From Tubulanus polymorphus (lineage: Eukaryota > Animalia > Nemertea), in the NCBI RefSeq assembly GCF_964204645.1, contig NC_134034.1, positions 2,542,072 through 2,606,071 of the forward strand: 64,000 nucleotides of DNA, in the 5' to 3' direction. Each line of letters begins with the position of its first letter. The stretch's first letter is position 1. A program made the translations under genes and the position numbers. This document shows positions 1 through 10,618 of the stretch, one piece after another. The notes beneath the pieces were generated by a model. It did no database searches. It was not told where the DNA came from and was given only the letters and a program-made list of their open reading frames with translations.

Positions 1-1590
1 ATAGCAGATTTAACATATTGTCTACACTGAGGTATCCAATAAGTCTCTCAAATTTTGGCAATAGTGGCATCTGTACCCAAATGAGCCACGTTGAAGTGAG
101 CGTCTCGTGTTACCAAATATGCGAATCTGCTTAACTTCGGAATTAACATAGGATATTTACAATCGTAACTAAGAGGTGCGTTTTTCAAACGCCCTCTACA
201 CCTGATTATTCCTTCCTTGTCCAAATATAATTGTAGTTGATTCACTACCGAAAATCGTTTCTTAGACGTACCAGATAACACCCGAATTATATCTTTACAA
301 TATAAATTCTGACAGCTCTTAACCCACAGGATCTTTGCGCGGTCTATCTCGCATGATGATAATTCATCAAAATGCCGTGAACTCGATTTTGTTTTGAGGT
401 TATGTACAAACCGTAATACGTATGCTGTAACCCGCAGAAGTCCTGTGAGGGAAGAATATGTCTCTATATCTACTACCTTCCCAACATCATAGTCAGAAAT
501 AACTTCTGAAACATCAAAGGATACAGCATTAGATTCGACATGGTTGGTGTTTACGTGCATGATATTTCCGTCACACTTACTTACTACAGGACGATTGTTT
601 TCATCGACCAGCCATGGCGGTCCCTTAAACCAGAAGGTGCTACATTGATTAAGTGTTTCACAAGTCACACCACGTGTAATAAGATCTGCAGGGTTTTCTT
701 CAGATGGACAAAAACCCCAACAACCAATATCAATTAAACGATTTATTTCTGACCTTCGATTTTCTACGAATTGGGATACCTTTTTACCCGACCGTCCTGC
801 TAACCACCCTAAAACAATCTGACTATCGGACCAGGCGAAAATATTCAATGGCCGACATAACGCAGGTTCAAGTGACTTTGCAACGTGAGATACAAGACGT
901 GCTCCTATCACTGCAGCGCACAATTCTAATTGAGGAATTGATAATTTCTTAATAGGTGCCACACGAGATTTGGACATCAAAAAGGCGGATTGATCAACGC
1001 AACGGATATATGTTACTGCCCCGAAAGCCCGTGAACTACTGTCACAAAATACGTGAAGTTCTGGTTGGCCGGAAACCAACATGGCAGAATCAATTAGTTG
1101 ACGCGGAAATTCAAATGTAGACGCTTCTCGCATATCTTTTACTACAGAACTCCATCTACTACAAAGTTCGCTGGACAGACTATCGTCCCAATCCACAGAA
1201 AGTTTCCAAATGTCTTGCATTAGAATTTTCGATTGAACTGTAATTGGTGTAAGAAAACCGAACGGATCATAGACACTGGAAATATTACTGAGAATCAAAC
1301 GTTTAGTAATAGGTACTACACTGGAAAGGTTGTCATAAAGCAGTGTAAGACTGTCATGGTTGACATCCCACTTTATACCCAAAACTTTGACACTGTTTGA
1401 CCGTTCCAAAACAGCCTCCCTCCCAGCAGCTTCACGCAGATCTGAGCAAGTCGACGACCAACACCGTAGATTAAAGTTCGCACCCGCAAAAAGAGTGCGA
1501 GAAGCTGAATACAAATCAACACAACCAGAAATGCTGTCGACGCTAGTGACGATATTATCTACATAAAGATCGCGTAGAAGCTGCTGTGAA
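1..1590 (-). mobile_element. BEL/Pao LTR retrotransposon pol fragment (RT C-terminus, RNase H/Peptidase_A17 region, start of integrase Zn-binding domain); 5'-truncated, continues beyond the window edge
   Basis: ORF 48..1634(-) has the RT motif LYVDN, the Pao-type KVLGIKWD, YDPFGFLTP, the RNase H-like ELHVFCDSS..AFGA, SKSRVAP..LSIPQLELCAA, WSDSQIVLGW and NPADLITRG, then H-x4-H of the integrase Zn finger. The frame continues past the TGA at 48-50 as ETYWIPQCRQYVKSA, so the stop is premature. The first ~16 aa of the ORF do not look retroelement-derived. Confidence 0.93.
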
Positions 1591-1789
1591 ATACAACCAT
1601 ATACGCCGAATGATATATTCGCGACACATGCCACATTTCATTTTCCGATGTGATAAAATTCTAACTAACTGCTTTCAGATTAACCCACATCATTAAACCT
1701 CATTTGTCATATTGTCGGCGTATAATTGTAATACAGGGCATCGTCGCAAACGTTCTAGTTAGGTTTTGCAATTTCAAAGCCCCCACGTG

Positions 1790-2460
1790 TTCAATTCAAT
1801 ATTTCAATTCCATTCAATTCAATATCTATTACACGGAAAAGCAGAACAATCGAATCATAAGAAAGCTAAACTAATTTAAAAAAGAACGAGAAAATTTAAA
1901 AAAATTTACAAATGTTATAGCGCGCTTTTCCATGTGGGCCTTGCAAAGCCTTAAAGGCCGCTAACGCAGGCACCCAATGAAAGAGAGAGAATAAAGAAGA
2001 AGACAGAGAGAAAAAAGGAACAGATGAGCTCGTGCTTGAGAGAATTTATAAGTACAGCAGAATGGTTTAGGGAATACTTGTATTGTTATAATAATGAGAC
2101 GCTAAGTTGATGTAATGGCAAATTTGGATCAATTGTAACAGGTTGGGTTGTTGCAGATTATGTTCGTATTGTATTTGATGGTGAGATGTGATTTTAGATG
2201 GCGTTTAAGAGTATGTTTATTCATGTGCAGAATTTGCATTGAGAAGGGAAGGTTTTTCCAAATTGAGAAAATTTTTGAGAAAGATTTAGTGCTTGTATTC
2301 GGTTGATTTAGAGGTAGACAATATGTGTGATCATGTCGAATGCTTTTGTAGGTGTTGATAGTGGGAGAAAGGTTTTCAATGGTAAAGATGTTACATACTG
2401 CCACATGTTACATAATGCCTGAGAAAGAGAAGCGAATGCAGCTTTTAGTGCGCGCCCAAT
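1790..2460 (-). mobile_element. 3' remnant of a CR1/L2-group LINE (ORF2 C-terminus, 3' UTR, (ATTGA)n-type tail)
   Basis: ORF 2129..2404(-) reads ...IWKNLPFSM...TLKRHLKSHL..KY....C..PTCYN, which resembles the W-N-x-L-P / FK..LK..L C-terminus of L2-group ORF2. A degenerate (ATTGA)n tail lies at 1790-1823 on the - strand. Clade assignment is from memory, not from a search. Confidence 0.6.
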
Positions 2461-3111
2461 CAACTAGCTTTCGTTGCAGGATCGTTTGGGTATACAGTCT
2501 TGGGAAATTCTACTGAGCGAAACTCCACTCAAACCAACTTTTTTGGTGAAGTCCCCGCTGTCTCCAGAAAAAAAACACAGTTTAATACTTTCCCACGCTT
2601 GCTGAAATATTCCGAATTTTCTACGTCGCGGGTCATCGTTTGAAAAAGAAACCTCAATATAGGATAAGAATATGTACACATATGATTCCGAAATATCTCC
2701 TTATCATCGAAAGATGACCGTTGTAAACTTCCGCACAAAAATTATAAATACTCAATCCACTTTCATTATTTAAACAGATTTTATGTAAATAGCCAGACGT
2801 GTGCCGTTTAATAATTCATATGAAGCGGTATGGCGCGTACGGTAAAACGTAGGTTACGTAGACGTACTTATACTAGCAGCAAGTATTGATCAAGTTCTGT
2901 GAGGAATAAAATGCGTACGCTTTATCACCAGTGTGCGCGTATATAGACACCGACAACCTAGTTGTACTATCAGTACTAGATAGACGGCCTTTCGAACCCA
3001 TTCGAGGAAGAGTTAAAAGGTCTTGATCGATTGTTCATTCATTGCAATCGTATATTTAAAAAAAAATATACGCCTCAGGCGAATAAGAGTGGAGGAATCT
3101 CACTGTGAATC

Positions 3112-6100
3112 ATGGCTAACTCTACGGGTCATCATCGACAAAATGAAAGCCAGGAAATTAAGACGATGCAGCTCTGTGAGTATAACGATACAAACAGTTA
3201 CGCAGACGTGAGTTTTTTGGATATCTCGGGGTCGTTTTCAATCTAACTAACCTTGTGGAAACGTTTTCTTGCGCGAGGCTCGCACGCGGGTGACTCCGAG
3301 CAAAATGTAGCTATCGGTTGCCCGGCCGCGACGTTATGACGTCATGCGGTCATTTAATCTCATTTAAAAAACTTTGCTTGTTATGAATATAGATTTGTTC
3401 CAGAAACAGAACGTATATGTCATGATCTGTTTGAAGAAAACCCACAATATGGAGAAAAGAGTAGTTGACCTTTTTCAAAAACTAAGATAGAGTGACGTTT
3501 AAACTCTATTGTGTTTAATGACGATGATCTTCTTGTAAAGCCAGATCCCGAGCCAGGTCGTCACGGGTGGGCCCTACTTAACAGCTAGAGTTACCCTCCT
3601 CACCCCTGTGTCGCCACAACAGGAGTACGTTTTTTTTTCAATATTCTTATCATAACCATTCAAAACGATAATATCATTCAAATTCATCGATTTTTCGGTC
3701 GTGATTCTATTTTTCAGATTCCGAAGTTGACCGAATTTACAACGATCTGGAAGAGGTAGAATCTTAATTCGGTCGTTAGTCGGGGCGAGGCCCGAAGTAT
3801 ATATATACCTATGCTATTTCGTAATTTTCGGTATTTTTTCATGTGTAGATGGGTTACGCTCGAGCTGACCAACTGAACGTTGAAGACGTGTCAAAATTCG
3901 ATCATTACCACTACTACGGCACGGACGCGATCGACGAGGCCATCGCTAAGTTGAACATAACGTAAGTCCGGCTGTTTTCAGGCCCGTACCGAGGTGGTTC
4001 GGGGGTAGCGATCGACCTAAAATTTTCAAAATAATTTCTAGAAAGTCAATGCTTAAAGATCTAGGTCAAAATCTTTCGAAATTTGGTGACAATGTCCTTT
4101 TATGGAGCGGGGTAAATTCATTTCATTCTAAAATGATTTACGTATTCATTTTATATATATAACGCGGTTTTTTGAAATCGAAGGACATTATTGGCAGTTT
4201 GATGTTCCATTTCATTTAGACGTCGTAGGCCTATTCTTCGCGGATGGAGAGACTATAAATTGGGAGTGTAATTAAACTTTCGATCTCCAGAGGCACTGTA
4301 CGAACAGCCCTGGCTCAACGATATTCGCGCTTAAAAAACAACCATATCTAACTTCTAAGCGAAACTCATTATTCATGGAAAAACCGTGTCAAAGCAAAAT
4401 TCAGGCTACAACTGGTATGAAAACTATGCGTGCGAATGATAAAGAGTGGACCGTTTGTCATGGGCTGGAAACCGGTTTTTAAAAGGCTGCGCAAAGGCGA
4501 TTTATGGGTATATTTGAATCATGACGGATCTCTTTAGATTCTACTACTTCGTTTAGGCACGATTCTTTATGAGCCATTTTCAAAACTAAGAAAGTTATGA
4601 CGCGTCGAGTCAATACTGATAAGCCATTTTCAAAACTGATTTAACCATACGTCCATAAGAACAGTTGCAGTGTGACAGTGGCCCAGTTTAGTGGAGCACA
4701 TGACTAGCACTTAGATCAGAAGTGCGAGTGCCTTGTCGTTAGACAGTTCCCGGTCTCCACGCATGATATCTGAATGGTACGACTAAATGTATCCATGGCC
4801 AATGAATCGAAAAGTCCGCAGTTCTGGGTTTAAAAAAAACACCATCGGTTTCGACGGGTTTTACTCGGGTCTACATTGTTTTTTTGACGATATTCGTCAA
4901 TTCTGATTGGCGATCCATCGTCGTTTCAACGTTGTGTTCAACCAACTGTACTAAAATAGATTGCTACTGATCTAATCACTCTAAGAAACGTCAACGTAGA
5001 AAACCAATGTGCGTCGCAGACACACGATGGCATGCAACCAAGGCTGCTTTTTCACTGATTATCACTAGCGTTTTCTAGCTCAACTACATTTACGTTGAAA
5101 TATATTTCCTAGGTCTGAAAGCTCCGTTTTGGACATCGGCTCCGGACTGGGCGGCACCAGTCGCTATTTGGCGCACAAAACCGGATGTCACGTGACGGCT
5201 GTAGAACTGCAATCGGATTTGAACGACGTGGCACGTGACCTGACGATTCGGTGCGGACTGGCTCCGCGTGTTCGGCACATCTGCGCCAACATCCTCGACG
5301 ACCAACATTTGAATTTAGGTTCGTTGCAAAAGTTTATATTGTCATATATCAAATCGAAGTCGAATCGATTTTACTTAATTCAAGAAAAAACTTTTAAATC
5401 CAACCCAAACGATTTGAATAGCCATTATTTTTCATTTCGATATCATAATTGAGTTTCAATTAATTAATTCTAAATTCTTGTTTTAATATTCTAACTGATT
5501 AGGCATATTTTTCTGTGGCCTCTTACGTTCCTTAAAAGTGTACTGGGCCCATGACGAGATGTAAGTCCAAAATAGACTTAAATCTTAATACTTGTCTTAA
5601 GTTGTTAGATTGGCTATAAGATGCTGTTTGGCTGGTTTTGAATCGAAAGCATGACTGCGCAAATACAGGCCCTGATTTTCGAGTCCACTCTCGATAGAAT
5701 ATACCGACCTGTCTAAGCAGCTACTTTTTGATTATCACGCATTGTATTGACCGTCAAAAAATGTCATTGAATTTCTTTCTGAAGGACAATTCGACTTCGT
5801 GGTGAGCTGGTTGGTATATCTGCACATAGACGACAAGGATAAACTATTCGCTACGTGTTACAAACATTTAAAACCAGCGGGAAAAATGTACGTATAAAAA
5901 TGAAATTTTTTATGAAATCTTTATATTTCTTATTTATTGGTCACTTACCACGGACTTAGAAACGACGGGGCTTGAAACGCGGCGTTAGATCGAAGAATCC
6001 GCCTGTCGACGCGTAGCTACGCTGAGAAACTTCCGATTAGAGTCCGTGGTCTGACATGTCGTACCTGTTGGGCTCTTCCCTGATTGAGGCCTACAATCAT

Positions 6101-9093
6101 CTAGTACTCACAATCACGTGTATTTTACCCATATATAATGATATGTCTCAGGTACATCGAAGATTTTTTCTCACTCGGTCAAATGTCACCGGACGAACTG
6201 AGCGTTTTGGAAACGGCTGTCAGTTGTCACGGTCTACCGTCAATGACCGGGTACCTTACCCATTTGAAAAACAGCGGGTTTTCCGTAGAAGAGGTGAGAG
6301 AGAGAGAGCGTCCGTGCATCGTCTTATCGTATCGTAGTGCGTGTCGACATTTATTTCAGAGGCACGGCTTAGCAGTAGTTTAGTTTCTGATGCCAGGGGT
6401 GAATCCCAAGATTGCTATTGAAGGTCTTGTGACGTAAGCGGATTTTGATGGTTGTAATAAAGGCGCGCAGTGCAACCTCGTTACAACGAACGTTGCGGAG
6501 ACCTCTCGGCATGGAGAGAGGAGTTGTTAAGTTGGGGGAAACTGTTGAAAGAGTAAGTCTGAGTTTTCAGGGCAGCCATCGGAGCAGTATGAAATTAATT
6601 CAATCATTACTTGGGACAAAATTCTATACGTTATATATCAGATGAATCGTTCTATGCGAGTTCGTTGTAACGAGAACCCACTGCATTTTGATTTTAAAGG
6701 GAAAAATTGATACCTTGTTTCTCCGCCTGCTGAGCTTAAGTTGACCCGGCCGCCTATCTACCCTGTAAATTACTTTTATTGCGATCAAGCTAACAATAAC
6801 AGGCACGGTAGCTATATAGAAATGAACTGATTACAGACTTTATTGCATTTGACAAAATGACCCTGCCAACTAGGAGAAACAAGGTATCAGTCTTGTTTAG
6901 CCTAACTAAGGCTTCGCCTTTGAAAATCGTGTGGATTGGTTTAATGCAGAGAATTCCATAAGATTTCGTATGATAAGGCAGAAAGAAGTTAAGAGTCCAT
7001 TCAGAAATAGGCGACTCAAAACAATTCGTGTCCAAGGCTCTCAAGACCCTCTGGATGCCATAACTCGTAAAAGCTTTATCTAACTATGTAGTACTGGTAA
7101 ATGTTAGTGGTTTTTAGTGGCTTTTTTCGACAGAGTTGAAGAGGGTCTAGTTCCACTGTTGAATCAAATTGAACCCACACAACAGTGGGAACCGGATCCT
7201 GGGTCAAATTAAGCCCACACAACTGTTGAACTGGATCCAGAGATGAATTAAACCCACACAACTGAGGAACTAGGTCCAAAGTCAAATCAAACCCACATAA
7301 CAGTGGAGATGGGTCCAGTGTCAAATTAAACCCACACAACTGTGAATCTAAACCCAGATTCAAACCCTTGTCTGGGTCGTCACCCATTCCTTATAGAACT
7401 GAATCCGGAGCCAGACCCAGCACTACGGTAAAGTAGCACGTATAATGAACATATATCGGTTAGTCTTCTAACGCTTGTCATGCTTCTAACAATTTCCATC
7501 AGGTATATAGAAGATTTGTTCTCGCTGGCAGAACTCTCGCCTAACGAAATGGAATTACTAAGAAACGCTATAAGCTGTCGTATGCTGCCTTCTGGCGATG
7601 TTTATCGAGAAACTTTAAAAAAGGCTGGCCTCGAAGTTGTTGAGGTATGATGAAGATTTGGAAACCATCGATGAAATCACACTCTACCCGTGTCGTGTAA
7701 AGTATATAGAAACCCCAACGCTTAGAATGTTCAAATAAAGTCCGAAATGGTTCCTTTGAACTAGGAATTTCTTGGGTATTACTCCGATGTAGTTGATTCA
7801 ACGCTTCGACAATATCCATAGTCATCTTCGCTGTATTCCTTGAGCAAGTAGTTTATTCAACGTTTCGACTTAATCCTGATAGTCATCTTCAGGAATACTG
7901 TATTCCTTGAGCAAGTAGTTCATTCAACGTTTCAACTATATCCTAATAGTCATCATCTGGAATGCTGTATTCTTTGAGTTACTAGTTTATCCAACGTTTC
8001 GACTATTTCAGGAGTACTGTATTCCTTGAGCTCGTAGCTCATTCAACGTTTCAACTATATCCTAATAGTCATCTTCAGGAATACTGTATTCTTTGAGTTA
8101 CTAGTTTATTCAACGTTTCGACTATATCATAATGGTTATCTCCAGGAATACTGTATTCTGACTTTATTTTATCTGGGCGTTGGATTTTCTATAATGCCCT
8201 AGTGAGAAACTACGATGTCGAAGATTTTTTCGAAAACGATTTTCACGTTCGAAAATCAGTTTAACCGACACTCATGGAATCGTACAATATCCTACCAAAA
8301 CTCAATACATCATGATGTTAATCGGGTCGATTGTTATGAACCGCAAATGTTGTCTATGACCTGGCCTTCGAAACAATAGGGTCAGAAAGTATTTCATCAG
8401 AATAGGGTCAGAAAGCATTTCACCAAAATAGAGAAGGAAAGTATGTTATCTCTCTAAAGGTGAAAAAGTATCTCCAAGTTAAACGAGTTTAATAGGTTAT
8501 CATTGGAGTCGAGAACGTTTATCTCCTGTATTGGACTGGCTCGTTAGGAATAGAAAATAAACCAGAATTTCTGTTGCAAAATCAAGCACGTTTCGACTGT
8601 GGTCGGTCTCCTGTACCGATTCCGGATTCTCTTCTGCCGCGTTCGTTCCAACCTGAATGTTCATAAGCTCTACCTATTTCGGAATAGCGTAGATCCTGAT
8701 AGATTTAACCTGATAGAAGCGGCCGCCAGAGTGAGAATTTGATCCGGAATTACCTTCCCTAAAACCTGCCTAACGACTACCTATAATCCCGGCTTTCCAT
8801 TTTATCTGCTACATTCGAATTTCCGCGCTTAAATTACGTCAGAATTTCGCTTTATTGTAAACTTGAACGAAAGTTAATTCGGCGATTCTTTTTTGCAGTG
8901 GTCTGACGTCACCGCAAGTTGGACACATCATTGCCACGAACGCGTCGGTCTGCACAAGGCGAACAAAGAGAAATACGTGCGCACGCACACCCTGACGTCA
9001 TACGCGGCGTTGGATCATTTTTACAACGCCGTCGATAAGTTATTCAGCGGAGGTAACGTTGGTGGCTGTAAAATCGTGGCTACGAAAGTGTAA
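3112..9093 (+). CDS. Class I SAM-dependent methyltransferase (sarcosine/dimethylglycine N-MT / PEAMT / sterol-MT-like fold), ~286 aa, 7 exons with alternative exon 6
   Basis: Exons 3112-3175, 3718-3755, 3849-3961, 5113-5318, 5785-5887, [6152-6293 or 7503-7644], 8899-9093. All introns are GT-AG with consistent phase, total 861 nt, and there is an in-frame TGA just upstream of the ATG. The protein has motif I VLDIGSGLGG, the post-I VTAVE, motif II QFDFVVS and motif III LKPAGKMYIED. Confidence 0.9.
6152..6293 (+). CDS. Methyltransferase alternative exon 6A
   Basis: cag|G TAC ... GAG|gtgag, 142 bp. Encodes YIEDFFSLGQMSPDELSVLETAVSCHGLPSMTGYLTHLKNSGFSVEE. Confidence 0.85.
6468..6683. mobile_element. 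MITE with ~24-bp imperfect TIRs (CAGTG...CACTG termini, Tc1/pogo-like)
   Basis: Left cagtgcaacctcgttacaacgaac matches the reverse complement of the right end (cagtgggttctcgttacaacgaac). No TA TSD is visible. Confidence 0.5.
7150..7345. repeat. ~40-bp minisatellite (gtcaaattaaacccacacaactgtggaactggatcca family)
   Basis: About 5 degenerate units. The same family occurs at 56450-56750, and the unit contains the actgtggaactgg MITE terminus. Confidence 0.8.
7503..7644 (+). CDS. Methyltransferase alternative exon 6B (tandem paralog of 6A)
   Basis: cag|G TAT ... GAG|gtatg, 142 bp, open frame. Encodes YIEDLFSLAELSPNEMELLRNAISCRMLPSGDVYRETLKKAGLEVVE, 23/47 identical to 6A by hand count. Absent from the supplied ORF track. 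Confidence 0.85.
7795..8160 (-). ncRNA. Tandem array (~67-bp unit, 6 units) of minimal type I hammerhead ribozyme motifs, Penelope-type
   Basis: The - strand unit reads UAUUC CUGAAGA U GACUAU-loop-AUAGUC GAAA CG UU^ GAAUA: stem I UAUUC/GAAUA, the CUGANGA and GAAA core, stem II, and a palindromic ACGU in place of stem III. Cores are intact at 7854-7897 and 8040-8083 and mutated in the other units. Confidence 0.72.
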
Positions 9094-10618
9094 ACATTTG
9101 AAACGTATCGACGAAAAATTGTAAATATTGTGTCGCTTCTTATTCATATTACGCTCCATCCTCGCTTGCCAGGGATTGATTGCCGCCCGCCGAGGTTCAC
9201 GCCAGAAAACCCTGGCCGCTGCTGTCAATTACATCGTCCACGATTTCTCGCGCGGACAGGTTCCCGCTCAGCTGCTCAATACATTGACTGGTAGCCGCTG
9301 GAGCGGCAACCTGTTCGCCCAAGCATGAGCGGTGTAAAAGACCAATGAAGGGTTTGCAGTCAGGATTGGTGTTGACGTCTGCTTCGGCGGGAGACGATCA
9401 AAGCAAGCGAGGATGATTTTGGTCGAGAACTATTCTCAAAGTTGTTTTTTTCAAAGACGGTGCAATCAGGTCGGTTAATTGGATATAAACTATATACTAT
9501 AATGAAATTATTTTTTGAAATTAATCACATTATCTCAGGACTCGGGAACCACAATCATGGCTTAAATCTAGTGGTTAAAACAGTCAAAAATTAATTACTC
9601 TCAACTCATGGAGAACCCAGGTGTCGTGATTGTCAACTCGCTGAATTATTTGCTGTACCAATGCAACCGAATAGAAACGAGGTGATGGCTATAGAGACTT
9701 TGCCCCGATATAATGACTACGCAATATTGGGGTCAAAAACAATGATCCACAGAACAGACTCTCGAAGTTTGTAAATCTCCCATTTTCTTTTGTTGTTACG
9801 TGTCCAACACTGGTGGGCAAACAAACTATACGAGGCTGCGTACAAAACAACAACTACGTCACCAGACTTGACTGGTCACCGCCACACCTGACTGCTTGGA
9901 CCTCACTGGCCGCAAATCGATATACGACGTAGTTATGAAATCACGCGTCGCTAGGCCAAGGGGCTGGAGGACGCGAGTTTGTGGAGCGATACCTGACCCC
10001 TGGCAAGCGAGGATGATTCAGAAAATCAGCAAGTGAACTGCCACAACACTGACCAGACAGATTAAACGCGCTGAGTAGCGACTGGTTCGGAAGACGCCTC
10101 TCGTCCAAAGAAATCCCAATGAAACAAACTTGAAAAATAATTTAGCATCCCATGTATTTCATAAACAATCATAATATCACAATTGACAATAGCGTTTAAG
10201 TAAATTTATAATATTATCATTTTAAAAAAAGTGAACAATTTTTATTATTTCTCAAAGATTCAGCAGTATCTACAATTTTTCTATTGAACATCGGAAAAAT
10301 GGACGGATTAACTTCAAATCTAATATTTTTTGAGTTATAGAACGTAAAAACCTCTCTTTAACAAAAGTTTCACGGTCGTTTAACCTAAAGGTCTATTTAC
10401 AAAACTCCTCTTTCACTAAATATTAACAAACTGAAAGGTTTTTCGTTTTTTTAACTAAGATACTCGGCATTAGCAACACGAAAATCGTTACAGCCGCGGC
10501 GAAAAATTCATATTTAGTAATTTTCATAAATTTCGATAATCTCCCGACGAAATGGCTGCAAAGTTAGGTAAAACTGAAAAGACAGCCAAATTTTTTTCAA
10601 AAAGTTTTAAGGATAGAT

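Noticed and set aside
4675-4815. Possible snoRNA/SINE (A-box-like gtggcccagtttagtggagc)
   Set aside because: No B-box, no clear C/D or H/ACA architecture and no second copy in the window, so it cannot be supported.
6690-7080. Possible third copy of exon 6 or a LINE fragment between exons 6A and 6B
   Set aside because: No YIED-like frame with splice sites was found, and translations gave no convincing RT motif.
8355-8410. Another hammerhead candidate (CTGATGA...GAAG...GTC on the - strand)
   Set aside because: GAAA is replaced by GAAG, and stems I and II do not pair convincingly.
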